From NCBI GenBank assembly GCA_011109175.1, contig RDEW01000008.1, positions 880,476 to 944,475 on the forward strand: a stretch of DNA of 64,000 nucleotides. The letters are read 5' to 3'. The stretch comes from Dicyema japonicum. Taxonomy: Eukaryota; Animalia; Dicyemida. Positions 1-13,938 of the stretch are shown piece by piece. Every line of letters begins with the position of its first letter. The first letter of the stretch is position 1. The notes under the pieces are model-generated. The model did not search any database. It was not told where the DNA came from and saw only the letters and a program-made list of their open reading frames with translations. Made by a program: the position numbers and the translations under genes.

Positions 1-317
1 TAAATAAGAGATTTAGTTGCTTATTAATTCTGTTCTGATAATAATTGAGGGTCAACTGATATTAAATTAGCATAATTAGTCCCTTATAAGAAGAGGTACA
101 AGGTAACGCTACATTTCATTCTCTTCATCCTCAGATCTACTGACCAACTGCTATGAGAGGTGGTTAAATGTGAATACGAATTCCTCGTCGGAAGCTTTTG
201 ACTCTGCCGTTGTTAGATAAGAATGCTACCGATCTTTTAAAGGGAAGTAAGGCTAGGATCAGTAGCTGGGCTCTTAAAGGCTGTCGGTTTCTTACTTGTT
301 AGTATTCTGACTGAGGG

Positions 318-460
318 TACCACGGATCTACGATGATTCGGGTTTGACGAGTGACTCCGTCATCAGTGAATACTTCACTGCGGATCGTCTACAAGGACTC
401 ACGTAACTCTGTCCTGCCTGTGCGGAGCTATAAGTATTACTGTTCTCACGAAAAGTGCTG
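318..460 (+). mobile_element. SINE-A fragment (body hairpins plus 3' tail, internally deleted)
   Basis: GGGTTTGACGAGTGACTCCGTCATCAGTG and TGTCCTGCCTGTGCGGAGCTA match the full SINE-A copies at 35382 and 43566. Confidence 0.7.
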
Positions 461-2221
461 TCCCCAATCTCGGAAGTCAAATATTCTGGAGAAGTCCTTT
501 TTCCAGGTTTTGTGTTAAACCTTATCATAAGGACAGTGGTTTGTGCCACATCTCCCAGTGTATATCATCGTATGCATTGGAAGAAGTCATCAATTTCCAA
601 GAGCATCGGTTCGACTTGAGGTCCTAAATTTTAAAAAATATATCAGTACATTTGATGTCCACATCTCATCAAAGTTGACAAACTTCTCATATTCCTTCTT
701 AATGGATTCAAGAGACCTAAGACACACGAGTCTTTCGAAATTTGGACGTATCGGTTGCACACTGTTGAATCCCTAAAAAAGGAAATCGTAGTTTACCAAT
801 TTTTTGATCCTGGACCTCATAGTCACCCTACAACATTATTGTCAATAGAACATTCGAGAAGTAATAACTCATAACTGCCTTGTTCCTCCACAGGGCAGAC
901 GACACTCATCAAAGTTCCTCCAATTTCGCGTTCGTATGCACCTCTATTTCAAAAAAAGTCAATTAAGAAGAAAAAAAAAAGTTACATCCATCTGGAAACC
1001 TTAGCTAACGAGGCCGCAGAGGATTTCTTCACCTCCGACACACTTCGATTCCATGACGACCAAAGGGCACCCTACCGATGGTCCTGGAATGGTTTGAAGC
1101 AGCTCGCGACGGGAACACATAGAAAAGAATAACATCGTTATTAGATTCTCTGTTTGCATTGATAAAAACATTCAACCTTCTACATAAACGACCAAAAGAG
1201 CACGTGCAGAAGTATGAGTAATAAATATAGAATCATACAAGGTATTTCTACTATTCATATCCAATCCTTCATTCCATACGCAGAGCCTTTCCAAGGACCA
1301 GTACACTTTGACAAGAAGAGAAAGAACTATACTCACAGTCTTTTATGTATGAGATTTCTCTAGTGGAGAAGAGCAGATGATTTTTTTGGTAGCTGGGTTT
1401 AGAGATCATATGATTCCGTGCTAGAATGGAGATGGAACATATGAAGAGAAACCAAGGGAATCGAACCCAGAGAGAAAAATGATATCCTTACCACCAATAT
1501 GTAACACATATCCAATAGTATATAGCACCAAGGGATTTTGGGAGTTACTTAGCGTCAGCTTATAGTGAGGGGTGGACCCCTCTTAATCGAAAAAGTGACC
1601 CATATCGAAGATTAAATGGAAGAATCAGGTTTTAAGCCTTACTCCTTCAAAAGTGGAACTTCTGTAAGTTATTCTTGAAATAGAATGTCCCAAGTCTTAT
1701 ATTTGGGACGTCATGAGGGATCATCATAGATTTATATAAAACTAGAATTTCTTGAGTTCATTAACATCAATTTCTTCCTGGTAAATGATTTCTCTTTTTT
1801 CCGCTTCTTTTCCTTGTTCGTCATATTAATGACGTCACGTCTTCCGTCTGTCTCAAACAACATCTAGTGAAACAAAAAAGGATCCTCTGCACTCCACCCA
1901 AATTAAAATCAGTGAGCAGTGACTTTGGTTTCGAAAATGAGAAGATAATTATTCACTGTGACGGTTTCCGTTTTCACGGCAAAGACCGACGAATTTGTGA
2001 ACAAAAGAACCATTCAGGACTGAGACTATCCTTGTTTAAAACCAGAAAATTCAGTTAACCAACGTATTTCGTAAGTGAGAGGATACAACACGTCAATTAT
2101 GCAGGAGATTGATTGATTTATTAGAGATCTTCACTATGGGCTGCATGCATTGAGCACGCAATGGAAGTTACCTCTCATTTATTTAAAATAAAGTGACGGT
2201 TTATTATTAATTTATTTTCAG

Positions 2222-2460
2222 AGTCACGGAGAGGTGGAGTTGTGGGAGACACAGAACCGGACCGACTACTCTGGAGGCCCTCATCAAACTAAACTCCGGC
2301 ATGCGCAAGGTGGCCCTGCAAATACAGTCAGCCGCCCAGTACGAGCTTGTGTGGGCACGAGGGAAGAGCACCGGGAAAGGATGAGGATTTTGGTGGAACG
2401 CATCGGATCACGTGATAGTTAGTTTGGTTTTACCGTGGTCTTGGGTGTTAAATAAATAAA
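2222..2460 (+). mobile_element. 3' end of an RTE-like LINE (family C), 5'-truncated
   Basis: Decayed coding (LEALIKLNSG...) runs into the tail GATAGTTAGTTTGG...GGGTGTTAAATAAATAAA. Homologous to 4505-4780 on the minus strand. Confidence 0.55.
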
Positions 2461-3299
2461 ATAATTTAAATAAAATAAATAAATAATGGCGGTCTTTTTG
2501 ATGATTAATAAGTTAGTGGCAAGGATAACTAAAAAGTTTACAAAAAACATTTAACAGAGGCTGATATAAAAGATTCCAAATTTGAGGCGTGGTTTGAAAG
2601 TATGCTTTTATCATGTCTTTCGTTTAAAGTAAAATGGCTTTATCATGGATAGCGAACTATTTGTGGATATTGACTGTCTTGCCTTGGGGATTTACAGATA
2701 TCTGTAAAATCTATTTTTATTTTTAGTATGAAAAATGAAATTCTAACATTTTACTTGGATGGTTTGATACAGAATATTTGCAACATTCTCAACAAAACTG
2801 CAATAAATGGTACAAGATTGATAATATCACTAACGGAATGATAAACTTTTTTAATGGTAGGCTAAGAGAAATAAGCTGATCTCAGAGCGGAAGCCATGAA
2901 ACAGCAGAAAGAAGCCATATTAAGTGATTATCGGGGAAAATCGATTCAAGTTTCTGAGTTTTCAACGGATAGCTACGAAAAACATGTAAAATTTAAAACT
3001 GGAGGAGGTGCATGGGTCACTGAGCACAAAAAATGCCATGAATTGAAGTCTCCACCTGAAGGATCTACAGAAGAGCGAGTTTGGTGATCATTTATTACCA
3101 GGGAAGTTCACTAACTTACCGAATTGGAAACGAAGATCAAAGAGATGGAAGGGAAACCGAATTGATATGAAAAGGAAGGCAGAAGAGGTGATCGTGAGGA
3201 ACAAGGTGGCCAAATTCACGAGAAAAGTGAAAGTTGGTGGCATTGTGGACCTTCGAAAGAGACAGAGTGTGTAATCCATAATCAGAAGGCTACGAGGAA

Positions 3300-3960
3300 A
3301 TTATGAAGGATTTGGAGAATCTGAATGGTATAGTGGCTGTTCGGGGGAGATTTCGTTTCTTGTGTGTTGCAAAAATTAGAAGGCGGCAATAAAAGAGTTG
3401 GAAGAAGCCACCATGGTAGGGACGAGAGATCCTTTTAGGATGTCGGCAAGACAACGGGCGTCTCCATAACTACGTAGATCTTCTAAGGAACTGAAGAAGA
3501 CAAAGAGCAGAATAGAGTCTTAGGCCAATTCAATAAGTTAGTTTTTTGATAATCTTTAATTTTAAAGAAAAACAACAAAAGCTACAGACAAAATTTGAGT
3601 TAAAGGTCTGCTACTTGAGGCAAAGATGAGCGTGCACGTGACATCCCAGACTAGAGGTTTTCCAGCAGTAAACGGAAAATGGTCATTTCATCAGGACGTT
3701 TAACATCTTGTCTAGACATCCCAATGTGCTCGAAAACTAGCCGTCCCCCAAATCTTCATCCCAACCCCGAATTCTCTAATTTTGAAGACCAGTGAGGTGA
3801 CCGTGTAAAAGACAATGGGGGCCTTCTATGTGAAGGGCTGTGAGCTTCCTTAGCACTTCCAGTTTATTGGGGATTGACCTGATGAAGGGACCTCATGGAG
3901 GAGTTCATGCTCTTCGACGCAGTACCCATGTTATTTACCCAAGGATACCAATAATTTCAT
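3300..3960 (-). mobile_element. CRE-clade non-LTR retrotransposon remnant (restriction-like endonuclease region)
   Basis: Frameshifted minus-strand translation FEHIGMSRQDVKRPDEMTIFPFTAGKPLVWDVTCT matches the KRPD...WDVTC RLE motif. Confidence 0.7.
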
Positions 3961-4504
3961 TTGAGATGCCTTTATATTCAAGAGACTGCAGTTCCAGTGG
4001 GACTTAGTTATGGAATAACAATAAACCCGAGGACAGTCGTTAAAGGTTGAAGGCATTTATTTACAATAAAGTGTTTCTCCCGTGGACAATGTAGGGAGAT
4101 CAAGAACGGGTAATCTGTACAGGAGATGCACGAAATATGGAAGGACTGTGATTATTGTATATCCTGAGGTATCCAATGTTAATAGAATAAGCTTGAAAGC
4201 TAATTAATTTTTTGTGGTTGATAGCCGGGTGTGAGCGAACTACACTGCTATGATTTAATAAATCTTCATATAAATATTGAACGGTACTATGATTTGAATA
4301 TTTCCTAGTAAATAGCCACATATTGCTAACAGCGTTACCACCCTAATTTCAAAAACTGGATTTCACAATTCTGCATTACTGTTTATGGCATTGGTCGGCC
4401 CGTGGCTCTTTGAGTTTTTTATGTGGCTCTTTCAATTATCGCAAATGAATCTCCAATAAAAACACTTTCAAAAAAGTGTTCTTCCAATTTTTATATAATA
4501 ATAA

Positions 4505-4780
4505 TTTTAACACCAGGTACAACGGTTACACAAACTAACTAATCACGCGATCCCAGTACGCACTAGCAAGGACCTCATCTTGGCCTAATGCTCCTCTCTC
4601 GACCCCACACAAGCAAGTATCGGTCGAGTGACTGGACCTTCGCAGTCACGACGGCGCGTTCCTTGATTCATTCGTATTAAGGCTTCAAGTGGCAATGGTG
4701 ACTGGAACTCTCCAGAAATCCAACGTTCCGTGATCTTGGAGGCTCTTTTCTGACTAGCCTCGATCTTCAAGACATTTGTC
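4505..4780 (-). mobile_element. 3' end of an RTE-like LINE (family C), second copy
   Basis: LEALIRMNQG... followed by the tail GATCGCGTGATTAGTTAGTTTGTGTAACCGTTGTACCTGGTGTTAAAATTATTATTA. Aligns with 2222-2460. Confidence 0.55.
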
Positions 4781-6229
4781 CGAGAGATGCATGTATATTT
4801 TAGACTATATATAATATTTTGATGCTATTTTATATTAAATTTTTATTTAATTGTTACAAATTTTTTTATATTTTAATTTTAAAAATCTCACTCGCTTAAT
4901 CATAAATTCTGTTTGTGGTTCTTCAATTATGTCCATAAATAATGTTTCCTTTAACACGAAAAATTCAGCCAGAACAAAAATTCAACTCTGGAGAGACAAT
5001 TTGATTCAAAACATGGTTATTTTTTAAGAAAATATCAAATTGGCGATGTAAATACTAGCTGTGGAAGAACTCCAAAAATATTAAAATTGAAGGTTCAACA
5101 TTTAATTATTGGAAGCAGTCTGCCAAGACTACTTATATTAGAAGCTTCATCGTCAGTCATGAGATTGCAAAAATGTGAAATGCAAACCCTGGTTTATGGG
5201 ATAGACGGTGATACAGGGATAAACAGAGAATTACCACGTTCGCTACTTTCCCACTATCATAGGATTCCACGTTGATAGTCCAATGTGATTCCCAATGTGA
5301 ATTTCGAAAGTTATCATTATTAATTACATAATTATTAATAATTATTAAGAAATATATTTATTAAATTGAGAACCATTTTAAAATTAAAACGCGGTTTAAA
5401 ATCATTGTTTTAAGTTAGTTCAGGACTTTTAGTGGATTGTTTAGTTGTTTTAGTCTATAATTTCGAGGCAATTCATCTGAAAGAGAAATTCGCGATCTTT
5501 GTACTTTCTTGGACCGCTAGGACATGACCTTGAAGAATAGGACTTGTCAGCACATTCCCTAACGGTCTTTGCTTACTTGATGTTAGCGATGCTGGAGTTA
5601 ATTTAATTCAAGGTTTCATGATTTTTCGTTTTTATTTCATTTTATTTATATTTATTATGTATTTTATTATAATTTTATGAATTAATTTATTTTTGTCATT
5701 TAATTTTAAAAATTCTTTATCAAGGAGAAAATACCAATGCACCATTCAATATGAACATTGATTTTCTAAGATAATGTCGAAGAAAAATATTAATGCGTCA
5801 TTCAATGAAAAAATTCAGGTCATCCCGGCTTCCATCAGCAGTCTTAGCATGCTCAGATTTGAAGGAAGTGCCGTCTAGGGGAACTCCTCTGAATGGTTGT
5901 TGTTGACTATGGTCCTTTTTGGATATAATTTAGGATTATATCTAACGCCACCAGAGATCGTGAACCAAATGATGTACGCTAACAATTCAATTTCCCTGGA
6001 GTCAAAAAGAAAGAGGACGAACAGAAGAAACATTAGAAAAATCTTCAATTCAAATAGTTGCATAGTCTACACTAACGTTAGTGCCACGTGGTATGTGTAA
6101 TTTAATATTGAATATAGATTTCTATATGGATTCATTATTATTGCCCCAGGACCACTGGATAAAGAAAAGAATGTTTTTCTACTAAGTGATCCCAGGATCG
6201 TTGATCCACTATTGAATGGAATAATCGTA

Positions 6230-6454
6230 TTATTGAGAAGATTCTTGGTTTGATGCTGTAGTCCCTTTACACGTGGTAAACAATGTTACAAACAACTTGA
6301 CTCTAGAAATCTCAAGACGTAGTTGAGCAAACCATAGGGTCAGAGTGTCGAGCATTACTTTATGACAATGTCTGCTTGAAATCTCTGCCCCAGCAGTGAT
6401 GATGTCATCTGCATAGGAGGGTATAATAAAATTTTCAATTTTAGATTGTGGCAT
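6230..6454 (-). mobile_element. Non-LTR reverse transcriptase fragment
   Basis: The ORF contains the YADDII catalytic motif; no intact flanking domains. Confidence 0.55.
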
Positions 6455-6479
6455 ATTGTGGTGTATAAAAAGATCAAAC

Positions 6480-7979
6480 CAGTGTTCCTCAACCTTTTTT
6501 TCGCATTATTCCTATGAACCAATTTCGGCTTGTCAATATTGTATCGCCCCTATTGTCCGGGACCACTGGATTAAGGAGAAAGAATGTCCCTTCAAAGTGA
6601 TCTTTGGCCTTGGGACTCTTTTAGTAAGAATTGATTTCTCTTCTTATGCTGAGCGAACAGTTTTCTTGAGACGGAGCACTTCAACTTCCTTGTTCGGACC
6701 GTGACTCCCGCGTATGGCTAGAAGATGTGGGGCAACTTGAGATATGGGTTCCTCTTATAAAAGAACGAATTTTGTTCCTCATTACGGCAGGGAAGCTTTT
6801 TTCCGTGACCATCTCAATCAAATCCAAGTGGGGAAGGCGCAAAACTTAGTAGACGCATCCAGTCCTGTATTCCGGAGGGTATCTTATATCATTTTCAATA
6901 CCTTGGAATAATTGCCACGGATTAATTAGCATGACTTCCTATTTAAATAAAGTTTGACTTCTGTTTAAGAGAGGGTTAATAATGGAAACATTACTATTCC
7001 TTGTCGGAAGGGCTGTTGAAATGCACGATTTTTTCCGACTTTGCAGAGACTATATGAGTTTTTTAGGATATGATTTAAATTCGTTATCTGTCCGTTCCTA
7101 CTATTCCTTCCTATAAGAGTGACGTCATGTGATCCTCATATTTCAGGTGGATCATTTGCTCTCCCCAATCAACTGGATGGGTTTCCACAACTGCCAGGAA
7201 TGTGTTTCTTTTACATTTATGCTGGTTTCGGAGGACTTGTGTGACGTTGAAGGACTCTGTTTCTGTAACAGTGGAAACTGGATACACTTAATTAGTTGTT
7301 TACTGTTAACTTTTTTCTTGGTGTATCCGGGGTTAATAAAAAAGTAACAATTAAGGACATATCGTCAATTCTTCCTAGCATTGTATCGTTACTAAATGGA
7401 ATAGTCTCTAGTAATTCGACAGATTCCCTTTGGGGAATATGTTCTATAGACATTTCTACATACGGAAGTACAACACTCCCGACAATGAAGGCTAAAGTAA
7501 AAAAATCTGTTTTGGCGACAATTTCTGCAACTTTATATGAATAAAAAATAAATATTAATAAAATTTTATTATTTTGTCATTGTTTTGCATTAGCTTTTTG
7601 ATTCAATATCTTTTCCTCGTTAGAGGATATTTGCATTGCGCTAGTTCTAATAAACGAGATGGAATAATCGCTTCATTTGAAAAGTTAACACCAAATCAAG
7701 TCAACACCACATTGCACACACAAGGGCTTAAGTTTAAAAAAAATAATAAATAATGGATTTTATATAAAACAAAAAAATAAATAATTCTCTTTATTTAATT
7801 TTTAACAGTTCCTATCAAAAAGTTGCGTGCCATATTATTTAATTATTTAAAAGCTGGGCTATACTAAAAAAGCCTTCTAGTTGATCTCTGTCAATCGTGA
7901 GAGGCACGTTAAAAAATCATTAAATAAAAAATCGCCATCCCCCTGACAAATAAAATTCGCCCCTCGTCGAGAAACACTG
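6480..7979 (-). mobile_element. hAT (Buster-type) DNA transposon, defective, with nested insertions
   Basis: Termini CAGTGTTCCTC (6480) and GAGAAACACTG (7979), flanked by GATCAAAC/GATTAAAC (7/8 TSD). Minus-strand transposase remnants at 7345-7730 (FSNEAIIPSRL; YKVAEIVAK...IPFSNDTMLGRIDDMS). The left boundary is less certain because a TIR-like GGGACCACTG also occurs at 6559-6568. Confidence 0.55.
7120..7340 (+). mobile_element. SINE-B copy (5'-truncated, internal deletion)
   Basis: GGATCATTTGCTCTCCCC...GGAAACTGGATACACTTAATTAGTTG...GGTGTATCCGGGGTTAATAAAA matches 17165-17495. Confidence 0.8.
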
Positions 7980-8304
7980 GATTAAACAATGCACATGAGA
8001 GGGGATAACCTTAAAGTATTTCATTGGGAAGGAGATGAGTCTTTGATTTCATTTAGTCTCAATCACTTTGGCTCGTCTCCCGCTCAGAAAGTTGATCTAC
8101 AAAAGTTTAATATTTGAGTGGAAAATATTCATGTGTTGAAAAAAAGTCTTCATTTGTACCAAGTCGAATGCTTTGTTACCTCGACTGAGATACAGTAAGA
8201 GAAACAGTAAATCCTTTCGAATGCGTCATCAGATCCATCAAAATACACTTTTATCTACCAAAATTGTCGAATCCGCCACATTTTTCTGTAAAAATTAATA
8301 ATAA

Positions 8305-9560
8305 AGTAAACCCTCATTAATCCGAAAACTTCAATAATCTGAATTTTTTGATGAGTTAGTAAAATTTTACAAAATTTCCTTACAAACAGGCTTCAATTAA
8401 CCAAACTTCATAATCCGCAATCCGAAAGACATTTATTAAAAATTTCGGATTAATTTATTTTGTTATTTTGACATTCAAATGAATTTACATTTAAATTTAA
8501 ATCTATCAGTATCTCATGGTTAGAAAAAAGTAATATTTGTGAAATAAAAATACATCAAATATGACTCTTAGAGAATTATCCCATGTCTGTGAAATAAAAA
8601 CGAACCCTTATTTGGGAATTTCTACACATTCAGATATTCTAAAAAACCGTGATTGTTGGAAAACTGTGAAACTACAATTAGCAGACAGCTAAGTAGTAAA
8701 CATCATCAAGTTGATAATTCACTTGTTGAATGGATGAAATTAATGGTTTCATTACTGAAGATATCATCATTGCATAAACTAAAGTATTTGGTGAAAAGCT
8801 TGGAATTAATGATTTTGAAGTTAGTAAAGGCTACACAGATTTAAAGGAAGATTTAATCTTAAACTAACAGCTTAACACAAGATGAAATTATTTTGAATAA
8901 ACAAATATGATTAGTTAAAAGAAGTGATCCTGACGTATTAGTAAAAATGGATGAAACTAGACTCTTTTTTCAATCTTGCCCTACGAATCGTTATACGAAC
9001 AGGAGATCCTCGTGAGCGCTACTGGTTATTTGAGCGAATATCGCTCGCTATCCTGAGAGGGAATAGCCACGCAGTCAGGGAATCCGTTATTTAACCGTTT
9101 ACTCTTTTTTCTTTATAAAAGTTTATTATATTACCTTTTTAAAACAATTTCATCTAAAAATAAAAATTACATAAAGCAATCAAAAGTGAGGATTACTATA
9201 GCTCTTTGTGCTAATGAGACTGGAACAATGAAAATAAATCCTTTTTATTGGCCATAATAAAAGACCAAGATTTTAAAAAGATTTTGACTTTGAAAATTAT
9301 TGTACTATGTAAGTAAAAGGGTTTGAATGACAACAAAATTTTTTAATGTTTTCATCAGTCATCATAGTGATAAATTAAAATGTTACAGAAAAAGTTCTTT
9401 TTACTGATTAATAAAACTCCACGTTTTAACGAATTTTTTCGGAAATTGAAATTTTATTCCTTCCGAAAACACAACTGCACATCTTCAACCATGGATGCAG
9501 GCATAATCAAAAACTTTAAGCATTATTATAGAAAAAGGCTTATTTTGTAATATGTCGACG
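8305..9560 (+). pseudogene. pogo/Tigger-like (CENP-B-type) transposase remnant
   Basis: Tigger-like terminus (AGTAAACCCTCATTAATCCGAA). Decayed motifs GINDFEVSKG, MDETRLF, KVRITIALCANETG and NTTAHLQPMDAGIIKNFKHYY. Confidence 0.7.
8984..9175 (+). mobile_element. CRE 3'-end fragment inserted into the pogo transposase
   Basis: GDPRERYWLFERISLAILRGNSHAV is nearly identical at DNA level to 22190-22270. Confidence 0.8.
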
Positions 9561-10974
9561 AGGAAATTATTGATGCTAAAATGGAGAGATTATTATTATA
9601 TATGAAAACATAAATATTAACTTTAAAATATTTATTCATTATAAAATGAATAAAAATTAAATTAAGGCATCTGAATGGCCATGCTATTTCCCCTAACAAT
9701 AGCCAACGAGATACGTTCTCGGAACCAACCAGTCTCTCGCGGATCCTTGGTCATTTTTTATTAAAATGAGTCGAATACATTATCGGAAAGACTCTACAGT
9801 TAAACCTTATCGTCGATGTTATTCAAAAAATTAAGACCGGAAAAGATCCTTAAGTTGCATGTAAATAAATCATTTAAAAAAATGTCTTGGCAAAAATCGA
9901 GGATGTGATTCCTATTAATGATGATACAGAAGATATGAAATATCAATGTGAAAAATGCGAGACTTGTGAATTGTTCCAAAGACTGAGGGTAAAACCAAAC
10001 TAACTTACTCCTTGATCCTGACGCGTTTCAGCAGAACCTTCACCCAAGAAAAGTGACCAGGAAAAACTATTTTAAATTATTTATAAGTTAAATATGAATT
10101 ATTTAAAAAATTTAAAAAATGCAGTAAAAAATAATTATTTTTAAATAAATGTTTTTTTTAAATCAGCCGTATAGTTATTTTAAAAAGTGAAATTATACGA
10201 AATTCTGATGGTTCATAAAATCAATAATCAACTGAGAAACATGCTATTTTTGACAATTTTCGACATCAGAGCTGCTAATGTCAGTCAAGTCATTCAGCAA
10301 TAGTCATTAAGAAATTACGTTATATTAGGGATTCTCCCTTCGAGTTGCTTTTTTCCAACCCACGTGGAGTAGGTGAACAACTAATAAACGCATCGATCTG
10401 GGAATTTCAAAAATAATTATGGATTACTCACATTAAAAGAACTCATGGAAACTGAATCTCCTTTCAAATTGGATCATTATCATTTTGACGTTGAGGCTTT
10501 AAGAATTCAGTCTTCAAAAACAAACAATTTTTGGAACCCAACACAAACAGTCACAACTAATCAAAGGGAGAACGTCTGCTTGTGTTAACCAAATCATTAC
10601 AGGCTTTCGAAGAGAGGTGGTGCTCACTTACATTTTCGTCTCACGTCCTCTCGTCATCGACATCACTTCATTCTTTAGCAGGAAAGTTTTAATAATGGAA
10701 TCTTCACCAGTGGATTTGGGAGAATGATGATTTTAATAATTCACTCGACGCTCGCAAACTGGCCATCTTGCAAATTAGCCAATCTTTAAATTGCCCACAT
10801 TTGAAAATTTTTCTAAGAAAACATCCTATTCTCCTTCATTAATTGGTCATTTTTTAATTTAATTTTTACATCGATAAAAACAATAAATTATCTTTTACTG
10901 AAGAAGGACACTATTTTGAAAGATTCAAAAAATTATCAACCATATTTTAAAGCTCCACATAATCCAACGTTTCC

Positions 10975-11170
10975 CTAGCTTGAAGAGAAGTTAGTCATTT
11001 TATTGATAAGCATCTGCAGAAACCGATTTCAAGGTTACAAAAATTTTAAAGACTGTGTCTCAATTATGATTTGTTCAAACATGAGCGCAACGTATAAGTT
11101 AAAACCAGTGATGATTGCAAAATTAAAAATGACCGAATGTTTTCTAAATTATGACTTTAGATGCTCTCCT
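10975..11170 (+). pseudogene. pogo-like transposase fragment
   Basis: KDCVSIMICSNMSATYKLKPVMIAK resembles the KERxTVxLCxNxxGxxKLKPxxIGK motif of pogo DDE domains. Confidence 0.5.
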
Positions 11171-11639
11171 ACTATGCATCTTTGATCCTCTCAAAGTTGA
11201 GGATTTTTTAAATATCGAATACACGGAAAATGAAACGTTTATTGAAAATGAATATTTTTAGAAGATTCAGAAAATAGTGAACAAGAATCTGAGAACATAA
11301 AACCTGTAACAAAATGGATATTTTAGGTAGATTAACTGCAATAGAGAGGGAGAGAGGGAACTCTTAGCTAATGTTGAGAATGAACACGAAGTTTTTCTAA
11401 ATCTTGAATAAGAACAAAGCAAGTATTATTGAAGGAAAGAAAAAAACTGTTAGAAAATACATTTTATTTTAATAAAATTTAAATACTTTTTTGTTCATTT
11501 GAGTATTTTTTAAATTCTTTGTTGATTGTTCTTCAAAATTATTGATTTTATTTTTTCAAATTGGGCACAAAATTCTAAGGAACCCAAAAAGGCCAATTTG
11601 CGATGGTCGGGTGTATAACTAAATTAACATCTCCTTACT

Positions 11640-11800
11640 GGTTTGACGAATGACACCGTCATCAGTGATACTGCGCAACAGAATTGTCTAGAAAGACTCA
11701 CACGCAAACAAAAGAAAAATAGGAAGTTAAGAACATACCTTACCTTTCTTCCAACTATTAGTTAGCATAACTGTTCTTTTTTAATCAAAAAACGTGTTCT
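11640..11800 (+). mobile_element. SINE-A fragment (diverged)
   Basis: GGTTTGACGAATGACACCGTCATCAGTG...TTGTCTAGAAAGACTCACAC...TAGTTAGCATAACTGTTCTTT. Confidence 0.65.
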
Positions 11801-12029
11801 CATATTTAAGTATCATGGATCTGTGTAAGTGCTGCTATTAATTTTTTTATTTTTTCCAATTTTTATTAAAAATAAAATAAAAATTGTAGTCAATTTAAAA
11901 TTTTGCGAATTAAGAAGAATAGGATTTTTTTCTGGGAAATTTTTTTCTTCAAAATGTGGTCATTTGCGAGTTTCTGCATTAAATAAAGTAAAAAATTCCA
12001 CAAAAATACATGTGAATTTAAATTAAGTG

Positions 12030-12640
12030 AACCCTGATACTGTCCGAACCGGTGTTGCCATCAGACTTGGACTAAAGATTTGCCAGACTCACAAGTTCCG
12101 CTGTGGTGGTACTGTCGACTGTTATGTCCACATCATTCCCTCTCACGTCGAAAAAGTACAGGACGATTCCCAAGACGTAGGGCGATAACGGTATCGTTAA
12201 GTGAGCCCTGGAGTCTGCTGGATACCCCTCCATGCTTGAACCTGTTGGCCTGGACAGAGGAGACGGAAAACGACCTGACGGAGTCACAATTTTTCAATTC
12301 GATGAGGAAAAGCTTTTGGTATGGATTTCTACATGCGTCGACTCCTTTTGCCCATCAAATATTGTCGTACGTGGTAGACATAATGTATGACGCGGATAAA
12401 ACAATGAGGGCGAAGGAGAAAAATACAAAGCGCTACGCGGTTGATTCACGTTCTATCCCATCGTTGTTGAGACAACAGGAGGAATAAGCAGGAAATCTCT
12501 TCGTTTCTTAAAGAAACTTGGACGTCTAGCTACACTTAAAAGCCACGACACATGTGAGACTCAATTGCTTTTCCAGTTAATCTCTGTTGTGATCGCGAGA
12601 GGCAACTCAACGTCGATTATGTCAGTTATAAATTGGGTCT
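12030..12640 (+). mobile_element. CRE-clade retrotransposon 3' portion (zinc knuckle plus RLE), frameshifted
   Basis: AIRLGLKICQTHKFRCGG...SRRKSTGRFPR...MLEPVGLDRGDGKRPDGVTIF...FYPIVVETTGG...ISVVIARGN. Confidence 0.85.
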
Positions 12641-13429
12641 AAGGGTGGAAATTATTAAAACTTAACTAGAACCTGGATGATTATTTAAAAACTGTAATAT
12701 ATAGGGTTTTCCGACCAATAACATCACTATCTCGATCGTAACTTTACTGACAATTATCTTCACATTGCCGCTATGCAGCTATGCCTGTGCGTCCTGAGGA
12801 ATCAACCTGTCCTGGACGAACAAACAGAAAATCAGCGACATTCTGTCCTGGACAAACAAACAGAAAATCTACTATTATTAATCTCGTGAAACTAGAAAAA
12901 ATTCATCTCATCAGTTAAAGACTTTATCCGACAAAATGGGAAGGGATTTGCTGCCTTGTGAAGACAGTCCAACTCTCAACAGTACACAACCATGACATGT
13001 CTTACGAGAAGGATATACATCACCCATCTCAAATTTCTATGCTCAAAATCATCCCTCCAAGGAGAAGCTGCGTTGGATTCCAGAAGACGCAATCCTTAAA
13101 AATCTCTGTTCTGAAAATGGAGTTGAAACACGGTCTTATTCTTGATTGGTCGTAACGGGTGTTAAGGAGTTGACTGAAACAGCAAACCTTCTCCTACTTA
13201 CCATTTTCAATCAAAATGAGAATGTATTCAGTACATCAAAACCATATCTTCAAATAAAAGGCTTAAAACCACAATTATGCTAATATCTGTGGTTCTCTAT
13301 TATTTAATAGTAATTATTGACATAACTAGACTCATACATGAATGACACAATTAGGTAGCTTAGTGGTTAGATGTATATTGTCGCAGTTGGATTGATTCAC
13401 CAACTGGTTTCTTGGTCTAAGGTTTCTCT

Positions 13430-13640
13430 TCCTTCCTCTGTTCCTTATCTTTCTCCTAAAACTAAAGTGGTGCATGTGTTCCATCTGTCTTATGTGACGC
13501 CAGTGTCTGGATGACATGAAACAGGATAATTTGCTTCTCCCAATCCATTAGGATGTTCCAACAACTGCAGGGACCGGATGTGTTCTTCACTTTCCGTAGG
13601 TTCTGGATAAACTTGTATGTGATATTGGAAAGATTCCCAG
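13430..13640 (+). mobile_element. SINE-B, old diverged copy
   Basis: CATGTGTTCCATCTGTC...GTGACGCCAGTGTCTGGATGACATGAAACAGGATAATTTGCTTCTCCC aligns with the SINE-B core. Confidence 0.6.
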
Positions 13641-13938
13641 AGTCTTAAATATGTTCATTAGCAAGAGAGCAAGAGACCTGTGCAATGGAACTGACGGGAA
13701 TCTTCCAATAGGCGAAAGTGAGGACGAGGAAAGTAAACAGGACTGTCGGGGTAACTTTATCGACTACAAAGTCCTCGGCTAACATTAGGGAATGGAAACG
13801 TTCACTTAAGGTTTAATAATATTCAAAGTTAAGTAAATTAAAAAATCAAAGTTAGTAATTTAGCTTCTCCCAGATTCGTCAATTTCGACGGAGTTGATGA
13901 TTTTGACGAACATGTCGTATCTACCGTTAAAGTTGGAT

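Noticed and set aside
6480-6568. Independent 89-bp hAT MITE
   Set aside because: Flanks match only 5/8. The apparent right end and its flank are also repeated at about 6150, so the 6480-7979 reading (7/8 TSD) was preferred.
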